A DNA stretch of 63,935 nucleotides, the filler included, from Bipalium vagum (taxonomy: Eukaryota), in assembly GCA_037834085.1 (NCBI GenBank). It is 3 parts of 3 records of this genome, joined end to end, with 100 filler letters (N's around TTAATTAATTAA, not from the genome) between each part and the next. Parts side by side here need not be neighbours in the genome. Positions count along the whole stretch, not along the records: positions 37,497 to 63,935 come from JBBMKC010147102.1; 2 more parts are not named here. One strand, written 5' to 3'. Made by a program: the position numbers and the translations under genes. Under the pieces are notes generated by a model that saw only the letters and a list, made by a program, of their open reading frames with translations, had not been told where the DNA came from and did not search any database. The number at the start of each line of letters is the position of its first letter. Position 1 is the stretch's first letter. Positions 60,949-63,935 of this stretch are shown one piece after another.

Positions 60949-63810
60949 ATGGCACAGCAGTCTGTTAATGTTCCTCCATCAAATCAAAATTATGAAAATT
61001 TAAATAGAAATGAAATTATAAATTGGATCAATTTCTGTCTAGGGCTGCAAATAACAAAAATAGAAGAATTGTGCACAGGTAGGACATAACATCCCATTAA
61101 GTTGGTTTATACTTAAGAACTGATTTTCATTTTAGGAGCTGCTTATTGTCAATTAATGGATTTACTCTTTCCAGGTTAACAACAATGATCACAGTTACTC
61201 TTTAGTTTTCTTTCAGGCACCCTTAATTTCAAAAAGATAAGATTCAACACGAAACTTGAGCATGAGTACATCAGTAATTTTAAAGTTCTACAATCCTTAT
61301 TTAGGAAACATGGAGTTGATAAAGTAATTTTACTAAATAATATTAATCCAAGAATCAAAATATCCTTTTAATCAAAACTACATCTCCTGTACAGAGATAG
61401 CATCTAGGAATTATAACTAAACACTTAACCAGGATTCCGGTTAATCCGAACCAAATTTCTTGATAACAGGCCAGCTGCATAAATTAGAGTTTACTGTATA
61501 TTAGTTCTAATAGAATTGGAATAAAATTGACAAAAATATTTAATAATAATATTTTAAGTACATTTATAGATGTTATAATGTTATCTCAAAACTTTATCTT
61601 AAATAGTAAAAGTCAACATTCTTAATTTTAAAGATATTTATTTATTAAAATGCTATCCATCATATTGTATGACTTTTTCAAAATGGTTTTGCAACTTAGT
61701 AAATTAATCTTTTTTTCTTACTGAGAAAGAAATTGAACACTTGCATTTTTAGATCTGTTGGGGTTTTATACTGCCTCGACTTATTTGTTTTAATTAACGA
61801 GCTCACCAACTTCTCAGAAAGAAATGAATTTAATAAGAGAATATGAAAAGAACTAAAATAACACTTGTGTTTAGAAATATGTATTTGTTTTATTACAATT
61901 TATACACTATTCTTTATAACAATAGCACACCTTTTATTATATTATTATTATATTTATTTGAAAAAATTATTATTTTCTCTCTTGATTGCTGAAAAATCGA
62001 AGAGTCCTCTATTAAAATTAAAAGTCTTACTCTAAGCCCTAGAGGTAAGTAGAGTAGGGTGTATAAGTAAACAGAAAACAGAAAACAGAAATTGGAAAAA
62101 TAGTAAAAGAATCGACAATGTAAAAAAGATTTCTTTAATTGCCGAATTGCTTTAATTAATTATTCTTTTTAATTTTTTATTAACGTATTAATTCGTCTTT
62201 AGTTTTATCGTGATTCTCTAGAAGGTTTTATTACCTTGGAATCTTGTGTCCTCTCTGGATAAAAATTTTGTCTCATTTTATTACTGAAAACAGGAGTTTA
62301 TATAGTTCTGTTTTCAGGCTTTGATGTTCCTGATTGGCTTAATGGTTATTTACCAATTTTATCGCAATCTTTCTAATATTGCTAGCGTTTGCTGGCGAAT
62401 ACTTATTTTAGGCAAATATGTTTTTCTAATTTTATCGCGAGATTTCTAATATTGTTAGCGATTGCTATCGAATATTTATTTTGGGTAAATATGCCGAATA
62501 AACCTCTTTTTTATATTATTTCACGAATGTTTATTTTTTGATAATTATGTCTTTTTTTGAATTATTAATATTTTATGAGCTTAATTAATAATTAAGAATA
62601 AAAAAATTATTTTTATTATTTTATTTATTTATTATTTTTATATTATAGTAACTAAAATGTTTTATAAAATGTTATCATAAAAGATAATTACAAAGATTTA
62701 TTAAATATCATAAAAAGATGATCACGAAGGTTATAAAAGATTACTACATATATTTTTCATGCACATTTTCATTGTAAATTAGATCACAAAAGGTTTATTA
62801 GTCAATTTTTATTATATCAGCCTCCTTGTTCTGTTTGTCATCGGATTTGCTGTTGGATTTATTGTCGGATATTGTCGTTGTTAGATTGTTGTTGGGTTTG
62901 ATGGATGATCCATTCAGATTCATCTTATTTGTGAACTTTACCCTTAAATGATTATCAAAATTAATAAATAAGTAAAAAAATGTTGGCAAGAATTCAAAGG
63001 GGATATTGTGAATTGCACATGATCTCCAGCGTAAGTCGTGTTATCTTGTCAATACGTTTTTTCCACAAGCGGCCGAGCATAGTCTTGAAGAAATAGAACC
63101 TTATTTCTGTTCATTAACGCCCACTGTTTTTCTAATCATTTTCACGAAGTTTTTTAATTGAGCACAAAAGATTTTAGCAATTATTGTTTTTTTTTGGTTT
63201 TACGAATTCACGATGCATGATTTTTTTGAAGAAAAATAATAAACTATTTAATGAAATATCACTGTAATAAAATCAGCAAGAACTTATTTCGATACATAAT
63301 AATAAATGTAATAAAGATAAATAATAAATGAGACTAAACAAAATTTTATTCTTAAAATAATCAAGATAAAAATTCTCAAATTTTAAGAAAAGTTTTAAAT
63401 ATCATAGGAAAAGTATCAATAACAAATAACAAAAAATCATTTTTAGGAAGCCCCTGTTTCGAGATTAGTGAAAGGAAAATTCCAAGATAATTTTGAGTTT
63501 GTTCAATGGTTTAAAAGATTCTTTGATGCTAATTATGATGGTCATGAATACAACGCAATTCAAGTTAGAGAAGAAGGTAATTCCAAAAGGTTTGTAAAAG
63601 ATTATGTGACGAAACCTCATGGAGATTCATTATATCACAATTCCAATTTAAAAGCCGTTCAATCAAAAAATTTAAGTATATCGAACCATAATATAACAAT
63701 ATTAATTTTTTATAGATCAACAAAATAAGGAATGTTCGAAAAACAATAAAATTTGCGATATCCAAGAGATTATACAGTTAACCAAAGCAATTGAAAATCT
63801 TAATGAAAAG
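60949..63810 (+). CDS. MAPRE: Microtubule end-binding protein, RP/EB family; exons 60949-61078, 61136-61174, 61217-61323, 63447-63675, 63716-63810; probably continues past the window
   Basis: [14 protein letters not shown]...ITKIEELCT|[13 protein letters not shown]|G...[27 protein letters not shown]|[32 protein letters not shown] = EB calponin-homology domain. Confidence 0.93.
62355..62493 (+). repeat. Two-copy ~73-bp tandem repeat in the EB1 intron
   Basis: AATTTTATCGC.A..TTTCTAATATTG.TAGCG.TTGCT..CGAATA.TTATTTT.GG.AAATATG twice. Confidence 0.8.
62940..63230 (-). mobile_element. mariner transposase remnant
   Basis: [19 protein letters not shown] matches L.NR..VLLLHDNARPH. Confidence 0.65.
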
Positions 63811-63935
63811 GTTTCATTTTAAAACATCTTTTATACTTAATATTTAACTAAATTAAAAATCTTTATTGAATCAGAAAACAAAATTGCATAGTGCTATAAA
63901 GCTTCAAATAATATTTTAAAAAATGATTTTCACAT

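Noticed and set aside
63875-63919. Candidate last EB1 exon with an early stop, which would remove the EBH domain
   Set aside because: The true acceptor may lie beyond the window end; cannot be judged here

Overview
AT-rich animal genomic DNA, probably from an invertebrate (a spiralian or flatworm-like host is plausible but not provable from sequence). Genes have many short 30-60 nt GT-AG introns and a few kb-sized introns filled with transposon debris. Six conserved spliced genes can be reconstructed: the 3' half of a K-Cl cotransporter (SLC12A4-7/KCC, +, 953-13425); nucleoporin Nup160 (-, 27039-19084); a large secreted SCO-spondin/mucin-like protein (-, 46849 into the gap at 37496); radial spoke protein RSPH14 (-, 51248-48929, apparently lacking its 3' exons); a strongly divergent alpha-tubulin (+, 55362-59089); and an EB1/MAPRE gene (+, from 60949, probably running off the window). 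A compact single-exon gene for a 66-aa secreted peptide (-, 33230-33030) sits in a 9-kb block of inverted LTR-like and other inverted repeats. Intergenic and intronic DNA holds decayed mariner/Tc1, Merlin, Ty3/gypsy, Penelope and RLE-type (NeSL/R4-like) elements plus (AAT)n microsatellites. There are three assembly gaps. No CRISPR array, rRNA or convincing tRNA was seen. The best leads are the intron-phased tandem domain in the SCO-spondin-like protein, the orphan secreted peptide, the basic-tailed alpha-tubulin beside other microtubule/cilium genes, the truncated RSPH14, and an unexplained 370-bp inverted duplication. All homology calls are motif recognition by eye, not database searches.
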